Notes: generated by a model not told the origin, from the letters alone. DNA of 64,000 bases from an uncultured bacterium (GCA_937863565.1 CALMGJ010000011.1:124001-188000), one strand, 5' to 3'. Numbered from the stretch's first letter, positions 1 to 9,577 are shown. Made by a program: numbers and translations.

Positions 1-133
1 AGAATGGATCGTGCCTCAGATTGTACGCCATTTTGTATATCCTGTGCCTGTATTCGCGGTATATCTCTTCATAGGCGTCATCCTCGCGGGCCCTAAGCCT
101 TTCAATGAGCACGGCCTCTTCCGTGGCTGGCAT
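1..133 (-). CDS. ECF-type RNA polymerase sigma factor, N-terminal part (runs off the window edge)
   Basis: Manual translation from ATG at 133: MPATEEAVLIERLRAREDDAYEEIYREYRHRIYKMAYNLRHDPF, resembling an ECF sigma region-2 start. Follows a DUF6249-like gene. Not in the ORF track. Confidence 0.75.
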   Translation of the reverse strand, partial: MPATEEAVLIERLRAREDDAYEEIYREYRHRIYKMAYNLRHDPF

Positions 134-151
134 ATCGTTCGGGTCTTTGTA

Positions 152-496
152 TTATTTTTCGGTATCTTTTTTCGAAAGCACGGATATCGCAAGAAACGCC
201 AGGCCAAGAAGTATGATCACGAGCGTTCCAAGTGCGGGTTTCCAGCCGGCATTGACATATGCGGGAACGAAGGCGCCAAGCCCCAACGCGGTTATGATGA
301 TGCCGGCATTTCTTGCCTGGATATGACCGGGTGTTTTTGAACGCTCTTCGAATTTCGGGACCTCGATCCCCTTTTCCATTGCCAGCATCCTCTCCTTATG
401 GATCCTCTCCTTGTGTTTAGAATCAAAAACATGCACGATGAGCACTATGGCAACAGGTACTGCCAGGGCAAAGAACGGTACAAGAATGTCTTCCAT
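152..496 (-). CDS. DUF6249-like small membrane protein
   Basis: Start moved to MEDILV (GGAGG upstream). TM helix, then 'HKERMLAMEKG' motif, then two more TM helices. Confidence 0.75.
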   Translation of the reverse strand: MEDILVPFFALAVPVAIVLIVHVFDSKHKERIHKERMLAMEKGIEVPKFEERSKTPGHIQARNAGIIITALGLGAFVPAYVNAGWKPALGTLVIILLGLAFLAISVLSKKDTEK

Positions 497-497
497 T

Positions 498-644
498 TCA
501 ATACCTCCTATGGATTTTATCGTATTTGGGTGTTTTTTCAAAACCCTTTTGCATGAAAAGACCGGAATTCATGAGCGTTTCGCCTATAAAAGGCAGACCG
601 AACATGAAAAACAATGTGGACAGACCAAGTGTCAATTCGTTCAT
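498..644 (-). CDS. 48-aa small membrane protein (not in ORF track)
   Basis: GGAGG-5nt-ATG; MNELTLGLSTLFFMFGLPFIGETLMNSGLFMQKGFEKTPKYDKIHRRY*; TGA ends 1 nt before the next ATG. Confidence 0.6.
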   Translation of the reverse strand: MNELTLGLSTLFFMFGLPFIGETLMNSGLFMQKGFEKTPKYDKIHRRY

Positions 645-668
645 AACAACCTCCGTGTTCCGACCCTT

Positions 669-697
669 TAGATGCATTCGGATGCTGAAAGGTTACA
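669..697 (-). promoter_or_regulatory. Putative ECF-sigma promoter (TGTAACC-N16-CATCTA)
   Basis: AAC-N17-CAT arrangement just upstream of an operon ending in an ECF sigma; similar to the motif at 34165-34193. Confidence 0.55.
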
Positions 698-738
698 AAA
701 TATTTTTTTTTTCTCTGAAATTGTGTAGAATATACTGT

Positions 739-2256
739 ATGACTTCTGCAAAGAAAGGAAAAATTCTTAATAAAGAACCCGGTATTGCAAAGCCGTACAA
801 TACGGGGAAGAAAAAGCGCAATGCAGCAGGGCACTGCCGGGAAAAAGACAATCCTCTTTCCGGGTTGTTCATGAAGGCTCTGGAACTCCGCAGCATGGTA
901 TATAATATGATAAGCGATTTTAAAGGAGCCTTATCTGACAATAAAGCCATTATTGAAGGCGGTTTTCCTGCCCGGGAACAGGCGGCGGCGCATCTGAGGA
1001 CATCTACAATCCTTTTTAAAATGGGCAATAGCATCGGATCGCTCGCCGAAGCCGAGAAGGCCATCGCGATAGGCAGGAGAACGGGATTAACGGAATTCAT
1101 AGTGAGCGGGCACACCGCTTTCGCACGGGCATCATGGAGAGAGGGCCGTTATGAAGAGGCCTTGGGATTTTTAAAAAAGGCGAAAGACCTTTTGCGCAAT
1201 ATCGGTCCGGATGATCGCGAGCGCCTTGAAGGGTTCATCATGCACACCGAAGCGCTGATCCTGTGTTCATACGGGAAGTTCAATGAAGCGGAGAAGGTTT
1301 TTCAGAAAAACCTGAACATTCTTTTAAAGAACAAAGAGCTTCCAAATCAGGCTTCGGTGATGTACAATCTGGGAAGCATCCGTGAATCCGTCGGCGACTG
1401 GGATGGCGCTTTGAAATACTACGACGAGGCCGGGAGGCTTTACGACCGGATAGGCGACATTTCGGGAAAAGGGGACCTTCTCCTCAACCGGGGGAAGATC
1501 CTGAGCCTTCAGTTCCGCCATAAAGAGGCTTTGAAACTGTTGAAAGAGGCCTTGAGTATTTATGGCGATACGGGAGAACCGGAGGGCATTTCCCATACGC
1601 AGCTTGCGATCGGCCTGCAGTATAAATCGCTGGGGGACATAGAACAGGCCGTTAATTACCTTGAAAAAAGCCTGGAAACTGCATCCGCTATAGGCGAAAT
1701 GACATTGATCGTTTCTTCTCTTGTCAATCTTTTGAACATCCGTCTCGATTCCGGCGACACCGAAATATGCCTTTCCTATTTCAAAAAAGGGGAAGAATAC
1801 CGGTCTTACATCGAGAAGAACACCTTCCTTTTCATCCATTATCTCAGCGTGAAAGCAAAGTATCTCAAGATATCCGGGGATAGGGACGGCGCCGTGGCCA
1901 TCTTCGACAAGATCATCGACCGGGCCAGGGAGCGCCGGATGTGGGAGGAATATTTCTCTTTCTATGCCTCTTTGGCCGAATTGATCTCGGAAGGGCCTCC
2001 GGCGGGAGGGTATGATAATATGAAGATCATAACAAAACTCGAGGGTTGCCTGACAGAGATCTCACAGGGGGAAATGGAATATTTTCTGCCGCAAATTTAC
2101 CCGGTTCTTATCGACGTTCTTTTTAAAGAGCGGATGATCGGCATAGCGGAACGGCGGATAAAAGAATTCAGGGAATATGCGTCTAAGACCGGGTCGGCTG
2201 ATATAATGGCCAGAGTTGAGGGATTCGAGAAAAGGCTTAAAAAGGAAAATACGTGA
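739..2256 (+). CDS. Tetratricopeptide repeat protein (cytoplasmic)
   Basis: Many TPR units (e.g. YNLGSIRESVGDWDGALKYYDEA). Start uncertain (739 or 871); the 526 start overlaps the divergent operon. Confidence 0.8.
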   Translation: MTSAKKGKILNKEPGIAKPYNTGKKKRNAAGHCREKDNPLSGLFMKALELRSMVYNMISDFKGALSDNKAIIEGGFPAREQAAAHLRTSTILFKMGNSIGSLAEAEKAIAIGRRTGLTEFIVSGHTAFARASWREGRYEEALGFLKKAKDLLRNIGPDDRERLEGFIMHTEALILCSYGKFNEAEKVFQKNLNILLKNKELPNQASVMYNLGSIRESVGDWDGALKYYDEAGRLYDRIGDISGKGDLLLNRGKILSLQFRHKEALKLLKEALSIYGDTGEPEGISHTQLAIGLQYKSLGDIEQAVNYLEKSLETASAIGEMTLIVSSLVNLLNIRLDSGDTEICLSYFKKGEEYRSYIEKNTFLFIHYLSVKAKYLKISGDRDGAVAIFDKIIDRARERRMWEEYFSFYASLAELISEGPPAGGYDNMKIITKLEGCLTEISQGEMEYFLPQIYPVLIDVLFKERMIGIAERRIKEFREYASKTGSADIMARVEGFEKRLKKENT

Positions 2257-2283
2257 TGCGAAATTCCACACGGGCGGACTAAT

Positions 2284-5200
2284 CTATTTTTTTCCGTTCC
2301 CTTTTCCCTTTGTTTCAGTCAATGTCAATTCTTTTTCAAGTATCCGCACGATCCGTGAAAGCGCCGGTGAATCACGCTCGATGCCGAGCGACCTGTAAAG
2401 CTCAAGAGCCTTGAACCCTATGTTGCGTTCGCCTGTAAGTTTGAAGAGTTCGAGACAGGCTTTAGCCCGCTGTGCAGGCACCCGGAATTCCCCTATGCAT
2501 TTTTTAAGTATCAGAGCCGCTTCTTTTTTATCCGAGAAGGCAGTAAAAGAAGCGTCGGCAAAGCACAGATTGAATTTGAGCATTGCATTGTCAACGCCGT
2601 TTCCGGCAACACGGGCTTTTTTCAGGTATTTCTTTGCACCGCGCAGGTCTTTTTTCTTAAGCCGGATCCTGAATATCTCGATGGAATATGATGCTATATT
2701 GGAGCGTATGCCGCATCTTTCAGATAATAAAAGGGCTTTTTTCAAGTGTTCTTCGGCCTTCTCGTAGCGGCCTCTTTCGAGAAGAAATGTTCCAAAATTC
2801 CCGTTCGCATAAGCCGAAGCGCGATCGCTTTTCAGAGCCGCGGTCAGGGCCAAGGCTTTCTTGAAATAGTCCGCCGCCCTCCTATATTCGCCTGAACCCG
2901 ATAGTGCTTTGGCCATAATAATATAATTGTATATCATTCCTATGCTCTCTGTCCCTACCGTTTTAGAGTGGGCTATGCTCTGTTCAAGCCAATGAACGGC
3001 TTTTTTGTTATGCCCCAGGGCATGCTCGCAATTCCCCAAAGACATCAGAGCGAACCCCCTTCCGTAGGGGTCACCCAATTTGGAGGACAATTCCCCGTAT
3101 CTTTTAAAATATCCGTACGCTTTTGCATATTCCCCCTTTGCGTATAGTGCGTTCCCGAGGCTCATGAACGCGATGTTCTGGTGTATTTTCGAGCCGGTCT
3201 CCTTTGCTATCCGGAGAAAGTCCAAATGGGCCGCAACGGCCTTTCCGTATTCTCCGCGGTCGTTGTATATGGCGCCAAGATCGTCATATGCGACTCCGAT
3301 ATTGATCTTTTTCCCAGAACGACGCGCGTATTCCAGTTGAAGTTCGAAGCACTGAAGACATTTTTTCATATCATCCAGAAAAAAGTACGAGTATCCGGCG
3401 TCCTGAACGGACCTTCTCATTCCGTCCGTGTGTCTCAACCGGAGGTACATTCCATACGCTTTATTGCCGCATTCGATGCCGAAGGCGTATTTTCCCGTAT
3501 GCCAGGCCAGGTGCGACAGCGCTTGAAGAACATCTGCGGTAAGGATCGTATCTCCGGTCTTTTTTGCCAGGACAAGTGCTTCGCTCAAGATCTCTTCTGC
3601 GCTGGCATATTTCATTATATGACAGTTCAATAGAGCGATCTCGATCCTGATCCGGACGGAACGCGCGGGTGCAGAAATATATTTCAGGGATCTCTCAAGA
3701 TGTTCTATCGCCTCTTCATTACGGAATTTTTCTTTCGCCCTCGCCGCGGCCAACAGAAGATATTTCGGCGCTTTTGTCCCGTGTTCCGCTTTGTCATAGT
3801 GATATGCCAGCTCAACCGCATGATCGTCCACGGATTTTGCATACAAGATCTCCGTTTGACGGGCCGCGAGAAGATGCAGACGTTTAAGTGTTTTTCTAAG
3901 CTGCATTCCGTAAACGGCATCCCTGATAAGGGCATGCTTGAAAACATAGATGATCTCGCTGACGGCTTGCCATATCGTTTCTTTTTCAATACGCCTTATA
4001 TTCTTTCTCACAAGGCGATCTCCCTTCAACATGGCATTGAGAAGTTTTACGGAGAATTCCCTTCCCAGGACAGAGGCGGTCTTCACGATCTCCCTCAGCT
4101 GCGATTCAAGGCGGTCTATTCTCGCTATGATGACAGTGCTGATATTACCCGGTATCTCCGCGCATCGGATATCGAAGCCTTCGCCGCTTCTTTCCTTAAT
4201 ATAAAGACATATTTGTTCGGCATAAAAAGGGTTTCCTTCGCTTCTTTTCAATATAACGGCCGAGGTTCTTTTATCCACCTTAAAACCCGCGACCTTCATC
4301 ACGAGCTCTTCCGTTTCTTTTTCTCCGAACGGATCGAGCATAATACGCTCCGCGGGGATGGCGGACGCGATAAGTTCGAACGGTGTTCCGTCATCGTTCG
4401 GTCGGCATTCCACTATAACGGGAACGTGATGGTCTCTAATGTACCCGAGGTCCCCGAGAACTTCCCGGCTTCCCTTGTCGATCCATTGAGCATCATCGAA
4501 TTCCATCAGGAACGGCCGGCCTTCCGAAAGGCAGAGAATGAGATTTCTCAATGCCGTGATCGTGTTCTGATGCCTGCCCTTTGAATCCAGCACCTCATAA
4601 AGCGAGCCGGCATATCTGATATCGAGAAGAGCGGCGAGAACGCTTTTCGTCCTTTTCAGTTCCTCGCTTAGCTCGGGAGAGCGGAGGCGTGAACATAGTG
4701 CCGTGAAATTTTTCTCGAAATTTCTTTTGTTAATGGAAGCGCTATTTTCTCCGGAACATCCGAAATATCCCGAAAGGAAATAAATAAAAGGATTGAAGCT
4801 TCCCCTTATCACTTCGTCACTCGGCATGTATGCCCAGAGCAGGCGCCCGGAAAGCAGGTTCTTTTTTATTCTTTCTACAAGAAATGTTTTTCCCATGCCC
4901 GCGGGACCTTCGATATACAGGATGGCGCCATTCTTCTTTGAGACCGCGCGGCCGATGAATTCTCCGGCTTTGGCCGTTTCCTCCGCTCTTCCAATGAAAT
5001 CTCCGGCCTCTTGTTTCAGACGGATCCTTTTTCTGCCGTTCGATGTGAAAACTTCTGTTTTTCCGGCGATCCCCTTAAGGCCGCTTGCGCCAAGGAATTT
5101 ACTGCTGTATTCTCCCGAGATGGCCTCATTCACTATTTTTTCGAATTTGACATCGGGACCGGGCAGCATTGCGAGACGGGCGGCAAGATTCACTACATTT

Positions 5201-6141
5201 CCCAAAGATGTGTGTTCGCCGGCTTTTGCGCTTCCGATGAAGCCCGAGAAGACATTTCCGGCCGAAATTCCTGTCATTATTCCGGGGTATGACGAAGTGA
5301 TCTGCAAAGAGAACTGAAGGGCACGCAGCTCCGGCCGTTCCACTGCGATAGGGGTACCGAAGAAAACAAGCGCTACCCAGCCTTTGTCTCCATAATCCAC
5401 TTTATTGAGGAACCCTCCGTACGCTCTCGAATACTCTATGATCCTTCTTACCGTATTTTCAAGTTCCGCCGGGCGCCTTATCGAGATGAATACCGCGGAG
5501 ATATACCTGAACTCCCCTTTCGAATCAAGCTCGAGAACGCTGTCGGGGATGAAATGACCGGTATATTGCGCCTTTGATCTGCCCGTAAGGTGAAAAGGCC
5601 GTATTTTCTTTTCGATGATATTTCCTCCGACTATCCCGGTTTTTCCGGGATCGGCGGAGTTCTGAGCTTCGCAGGCCAACCGGACCGCTTCACCAAAAAA
5701 GAAGTATACGCTTTGTACACCCTGTGTTATTATTCTCCACTCGATCTTACCTGCCGCGATACCCGTACGAAGTGAAAGCGCGAAATTCCCTTCGGGGGTT
5801 CCGATATTTCTGTTTTTCTTTATGAAATGTTCGATCTTTTTACATGCCCGGACGGCTTTTCCGGTGCGGTCATTGATAAACACGGCTGTAAGCGCATCCC
5901 CTGCAAATGAAGAAACGAAGCCTCCTTCCGAAAAGATGGCGTTTATCGTGTTCTCGTAGATACGGTTGAGTATATCTGAAAGTATCTCCGCGCCGCCCGA
6001 CGATCTCTGGAGGACCTCCGTCATCGGGGTGAATCCTTTTATGTCCACGGAAAGTACGCTGCCGTAAAAAGAACCCGACTCTCTTTGTCTGGCAAAATTC
6101 TCCAGGATGAATTCCGGGATCAAATTCATTTTTGCATCCAT
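2284..6141 (-). CDS. Soluble-type class III adenylate cyclase (tandem C1/C2) with STAND P-loop NTPase and TPR domains
   Basis: VDIKGFT and FAGD (C1); NKVDYGDKG and GNVVNLAARL (C2); Walker A GPAGMGKT; Walker B LMEFDDAQW; SEGNPFY; C-terminal TPRs. Confidence 0.9.
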   Translation of the reverse strand: MDAKMNLIPEFILENFARQRESGSFYGSVLSVDIKGFTPMTEVLQRSSGGAEILSDILNRIYENTINAIFSEGGFVSSFAGDALTAVFINDRTGKAVRACKKIEHFIKKNRNIGTPEGNFALSLRTGIAAGKIEWRIITQGVQSVYFFFGEAVRLACEAQNSADPGKTGIVGGNIIEKKIRPFHLTGRSKAQYTGHFIPDSVLELDSKGEFRYISAVFISIRRPAELENTVRRIIEYSRAYGGFLNKVDYGDKGWVALVFFGTPIAVERPELRALQFSLQITSSYPGIMTGISAGNVFSGFIGSAKAGEHTSLGNVVNLAARLAMLPGPDVKFEKIVNEAISGEYSSKFLGASGLKGIAGKTEVFTSNGRKRIRLKQEAGDFIGRAEETAKAGEFIGRAVSKKNGAILYIEGPAGMGKTFLVERIKKNLLSGRLLWAYMPSDEVIRGSFNPFIYFLSGYFGCSGENSASINKRNFEKNFTALCSRLRSPELSEELKRTKSVLAALLDIRYAGSLYEVLDSKGRHQNTITALRNLILCLSEGRPFLMEFDDAQWIDKGSREVLGDLGYIRDHHVPVIVECRPNDDGTPFELIASAIPAERIMLDPFGEKETEELVMKVAGFKVDKRTSAVILKRSEGNPFYAEQICLYIKERSGEGFDIRCAEIPGNISTVIIARIDRLESQLREIVKTASVLGREFSVKLLNAMLKGDRLVRKNIRRIEKETIWQAVSEIIYVFKHALIRDAVYGMQLRKTLKRLHLLAARQTEILYAKSVDDHAVELAYHYDKAEHGTKAPKYLLLAAARAKEKFRNEEAIEHLERSLKYISAPARSVRIRIEIALLNCHIMKYASAEEILSEALVLAKKTGDTILTADVLQALSHLAWHTGKYAFGIECGNKAYGMYLRLRHTDGMRRSVQDAGYSYFFLDDMKKCLQCFELQLEYARRSGKKINIGVAYDDLGAIYNDRGEYGKAVAAHLDFLRIAKETGSKIHQNIAFMSLGNALYAKGEYAKAYGYFKRYGELSSKLGDPYGRGFALMSLGNCEHALGHNKKAVHWLEQSIAHSKTVGTESIGMIYNYIIMAKALSGSGEYRRAADYFKKALALTAALKSDRASAYANGNFGTFLLERGRYEKAEEHLKKALLLSERCGIRSNIASYSIEIFRIRLKKKDLRGAKKYLKKARVAGNGVDNAMLKFNLCFADASFTAFSDKKEAALILKKCIGEFRVPAQRAKACLELFKLTGERNIGFKALELYRSLGIERDSPALSRIVRILEKELTLTETKGKGNGKK

Positions 6142-6179
6142 CGTTCTTTCTTTCCCCCCGGTAACCGGCTATTCATACA

Positions 6180-7280
6180 TTATTTTTTACTTTTTTCATC
6201 TATATCGATAATTCTATATAGGGATGTTCCCATTTTCAATTCTTCCGCATATTCGATCTGTCTTTTTCCGCTAAGCGCGTTCTCCTTAAGAAAGGCATCC
6301 TTGCATTGATATGCTTTATTCACAATATCATGACTTGCCGCTTCGATAGCAACGATATCCTTTGAGGCAAGGATTCCGATATCCGGAACAAAGGGTTCCG
6401 GTGCCTTGGAGGAGCAGTCGCAGTATTTGGAGATATTCGCCAGCACATTTATGTAAACTGCCGGCTTTCTTTCAATAACGGTTTTTGCGTACTCTACGAG
6501 TTTTTCGAGAAAGATCCTGTGTTTATCGTTATTCTGCGATACCGTATAGACCTTGGCGGGACAGATGCTCACGCATTTCCCGCAGCCGATGCATTTCACC
6601 GGATCTATCTTTATGGGATCGATCTTTATTGCTTCACCCGGGCATTCTTTCTCGCAAAGTCCGCATTTCACGCATTTTTTTTCATCGTAAAGCGGATAGA
6701 ACGCCGCATGCATTGCACGTTTGCCCGCGGGTGTGGCAAAACCCATCGATACATTTTTAATAGCTCCCCCGAAGCCCGCATACCCATGACCCTTGAAATG
6801 AGAGAATATCACGAAGCCGTCATAATCGTCCATGTTCCCGCCGATCTTGACCTCTTCGAAATATTTGTGGCTCGGCGTTTTTATTGACAGTTCTTTTTTA
6901 GAATCAAGGATGTCGATGGGTGCATAATCGAAACCATGTTCCCTCGCAAGTTCGATATGGGTCCCTGTTCTGCTTCTTCTGCTTTTATACAGCACATTGG
7001 TCTCTACAAGATTTGCTTTGAGCATCAGAACAAGGTTCTTTGCAAGTGAAGCCGGAAGGTAATACTCATTACCGTCTTCGCCGAAGTGGACCTTTACGCC
7101 GATCTTATGACCCTTGAAGCCGGGGTCTATCTTTTCAAAAAGCTCCACAACCGCCACGGGATCGATCCTTTTTGTGAAATATACTTCCGCAGTCCCGCGT
7201 TTAACGGAGAAATTTATCAGAAAAATGAAGACCGCCGGCACGGCAATTATCATTACTAATGGAAATATTTTCTTTTTCAT
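6180..7280 (-). CDS. DUF362 protein with 2x[4Fe-4S] ferredoxin domain and N-terminal membrane anchor
   Basis: VKVHFGE, SHFKGH..GFGGAIKN, CVKCGLCEKECP, CIGCGKCVSICP, CDC; start MKKKIF with GAAGGTGA RBS. Confidence 0.85.
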   Translation of the reverse strand: MKKKIFPLVMIIAVPAVFIFLINFSVKRGTAEVYFTKRIDPVAVVELFEKIDPGFKGHKIGVKVHFGEDGNEYYLPASLAKNLVLMLKANLVETNVLYKSRRSRTGTHIELAREHGFDYAPIDILDSKKELSIKTPSHKYFEEVKIGGNMDDYDGFVIFSHFKGHGYAGFGGAIKNVSMGFATPAGKRAMHAAFYPLYDEKKCVKCGLCEKECPGEAIKIDPIKIDPVKCIGCGKCVSICPAKVYTVSQNNDKHRIFLEKLVEYAKTVIERKPAVYINVLANISKYCDCSSKAPEPFVPDIGILASKDIVAIEAASHDIVNKAYQCKDAFLKENALSGKRQIEYAEELKMGTSLYRIIDIDEKSKK

Positions 7281-7299
7281 GAGCTCACCTTCCGGAGAT

Positions 7300-7328
7300 A
7301 TTGTAAGAAAAAATCGCGGATATTGCAA
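7300..7328 (-). promoter_or_regulatory. Sigma70-type promoter TTGCAA-N17-TACAAT
   Basis: Near-consensus hexamers with 17-nt spacer upstream of the DUF362 gene. Confidence 0.6.
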
Positions 7329-7335
7329 AAAACAT

Positions 7336-7363
7336 TTGACAAAATTTAATTTTTTGTTAGAAT
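7336..7363 (+). promoter_or_regulatory. Sigma70-type promoter TTGACA-N16-TAGAAT (extended -10)
   Basis: Perfect -35 and TGnTAGAAT upstream of rubrerythrin. Confidence 0.65.
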
Positions 7364-7420
7364 TCTATATATGAATTTTGTGTTCAACACAATATCATTA
7401 TTTCCGATCAGAGGGTTACA

Positions 7421-7930
7421 ATGAAAAAAATGACCGAAAACGCACTTCTGGATTCATTCTGCGGTGAATCTCAGGCTCACATTAAATATCTGATCTACGC
7501 AGAGAAAGCGGAGGAAGACGGCAAGCCTAACCTTGCACGTTTGTTCAGGGCCATATCCCACGCCGAGTATGTTCACGCCAAGAACCATTTCAAAGCGCTG
7601 GGGAAATTGAACGGTACGGCCGAGAATGTTGCAGCCGCCGAATCCGGCGAGGATTTCGAGATCGAAGAAATGTACCCGTCTTACAATGCCATAGCCAATC
7701 TTCAAAAGGAGGATGCCGCTTTGAGGAGCATCCATTATGCCATAGAGGCCGAGAAGATACACAGGGATTATTACCGCAAGGCAGAAGACCTCGTGAAGGC
7801 CGGCAAGGATGTAGAGGACGGAAAGATCTATGTTTGCCCCGTATGCGGATACACTCATTCGGGTGATGGCGACCTTCCCGAGAAATGTCCGGTATGCGGC
7901 GTGCCGAAAGGGAAGTTCAAATCATTTTAG
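7421..7930 (+). CDS. rbr: Rubrerythrin
   Basis: GESQA, AEYVHA, GEDFE..EMYP and AEKIH diiron motifs; C-terminal CPVCG..CPVCG. Confidence 0.95.
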   Translation: MKKMTENALLDSFCGESQAHIKYLIYAEKAEEDGKPNLARLFRAISHAEYVHAKNHFKALGKLNGTAENVAAAESGEDFEIEEMYPSYNAIANLQKEDAALRSIHYAIEAEKIHRDYYRKAEDLVKAGKDVEDGKIYVCPVCGYTHSGDGDLPEKCPVCGVPKGKFKSF

Positions 7931-7975
7931 CTTTTTAAAAATAGTATCTTTTTAGATACCTGCTCTTTTAAATCC

Positions 7976-8009
7976 GGGAGGGGATAACCTCCCCCTCCCA
8001 CCTTTTTTT
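7976..8009 (+). terminator. Rho-independent terminator after rbr
   Basis: GGGAGGGG/CCCCTCCC stem followed closely by a T7 run. Confidence 0.65.
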
Positions 8010-8107
8010 CCAATTCGTGGACATTGTTCGGCAAAAACCTTTTTCATCTTAAGCACATTCACTCCGGTGCAATAGAAGTTTAGAATTCTTTATTGGCCTT
8101 GAACATA

Positions 8108-8170
8108 GCCATTCTCAATTATCAATTCATTTATTTATCATTCATCATTCTTTATTTTTCATTCTTTTTT
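8108..8170. repeat. Degenerate 7-nt tandem repeats
   Basis: ATT recurs at 8111, 8118, 8125, 8133, 8140, 8147, 8154 and 8161, between convergent genes. Confidence 0.55.
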
Positions 8171-8194
8171 CCGCCGGGCCTCTTTCCTCTCATT

Positions 8195-9541
8195 TCAGTG
8201 ATATATCAGCGCCAGTATCGACAAGGCCGAGATCGCATACATCATCGGATGCACTTCTTTGAATTTGCCCTTGACTATTTTAATCAGCGTATAGACGAGA
8301 AATCCCCATATGATGCCCTGCGATATCGAATATGTGAGCGGTATCAGTATGACGGCAAGAAAACAGGGGATACCCTCTTCCGGATTGCGGAAATCTATCT
8401 CGCGGACACCCTGCATCATATAAACGCCGACGATGACAAGAGCGGCTGCAGTCGCAAATGCCGGTACCGCTTTTATAAGATTGGAAAAGAACAGAAAGGG
8501 CAGGAACATGAGACCCGCGAAAACCGCCACAAGACCCGTGCGGCCGCCCTCCTCTACGCCCGCCGCGGATTCGATATACGTGGTTCCAGAACTCGTCCCG
8601 AAAAGCCCGGATATGGTCGTGGATACCGCATCGACGAGAAGCGCCCGGCCCACATTGATGGGCTGACCCTTGCCGTCCACCATATTCGCAGCCTGTGAAA
8701 TGCCGATGAATGTTGCCAGAGAATCGAAAAGGTCGGTAAATAGAAGCGTAAATACAGGTACAATAAGCGCAACGGAGAATACCGACTTTATATCAAGCTT
8801 GAAGAAGACCGAATGAAAATCCGGTTTTGTAAGGATCGGGCCCGCCATTTCTATGATGGCATCATGTGACGGAAATATGAATCTCCCGTACGGAAGCGCA
8901 AGAAAAGAAGCGGATACGATCCCTAAAAGGAGGGCGCCTTTGATCCGGAAGGAAAGAAGGACGATCATTATGACAAGAGCGGCAATAAAATAAAGCATCG
9001 GGGGGCCGAAACTTCCGAGCCCGATCAGCGTGGCCGGGTGATCGACTATGAACCCTCCGTTCTTGAAGCCTATAAAAGCTATAAAAAGACCTATGCCGGC
9101 AGCGATGGCTTTTCTCAGCGAACCGGGGATGGCTGCAACTATGGCATCCCTTATCTTGAGGATGGAAAGAAGAATGAAGATAAGCCCGGAAATAAAGACC
9201 GCGGCAAGAGCCGTTTCAAGAGAAAGGCCCTTGATCTGTATGAGGGTAATGGCAAAGAAAGCATTTATCCCCATTCCCGGAGCAAGAGCGAACGGGATGT
9301 TCGCGTAAAGCCCCATGAGTATAGTGCTTATGGAACATACCAGGATGGTCGCCGTCAGAAATCCCGCAAAATTTTGTTCCATCCCGGGCGCGGAGCCGAG
9401 GATCGCAGGGTTAACTATTATAATATAGCTCATCGTGATGAAGGTAGTGAACGCGGCCGTGAGTTCTCTCGGGACCGAGGTCCCGAATTTGCCTAGGTTC
9501 TGAATACTCCAGAAAAAACCTTTCTTGTAATACTCTTCCAT
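8195..9541 (-). CDS. NCS2/AzgA-family purine permease
   Basis: TTFITMSYIIIVNP, ALAPGMGINAFF, TTYIESAAGVEEGGRTGL. Confidence 0.93.
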   Translation of the reverse strand: MEEYYKKGFFWSIQNLGKFGTSVPRELTAAFTTFITMSYIIIVNPAILGSAPGMEQNFAGFLTATILVCSISTILMGLYANIPFALAPGMGINAFFAITLIQIKGLSLETALAAVFISGLIFILLSILKIRDAIVAAIPGSLRKAIAAGIGLFIAFIGFKNGGFIVDHPATLIGLGSFGPPMLYFIAALVIMIVLLSFRIKGALLLGIVSASFLALPYGRFIFPSHDAIIEMAGPILTKPDFHSVFFKLDIKSVFSVALIVPVFTLLFTDLFDSLATFIGISQAANMVDGKGQPINVGRALLVDAVSTTISGLFGTSSGTTYIESAAGVEEGGRTGLVAVFAGLMFLPFLFFSNLIKAVPAFATAAALVIVGVYMMQGVREIDFRNPEEGIPCFLAVILIPLTYSISQGIIWGFLVYTLIKIVKGKFKEVHPMMYAISALSILALIYH

Positions 9542-9577
9542 CAACTCCTCCTTCCCGCAGTTCGCGCGGAAATGATC

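Noticed and set aside
526-738. N-terminal extension of the TPR ORF
   Set aside because: Overlaps the divergent small ORF, its promoter and a long T run; unlikely to be coding.
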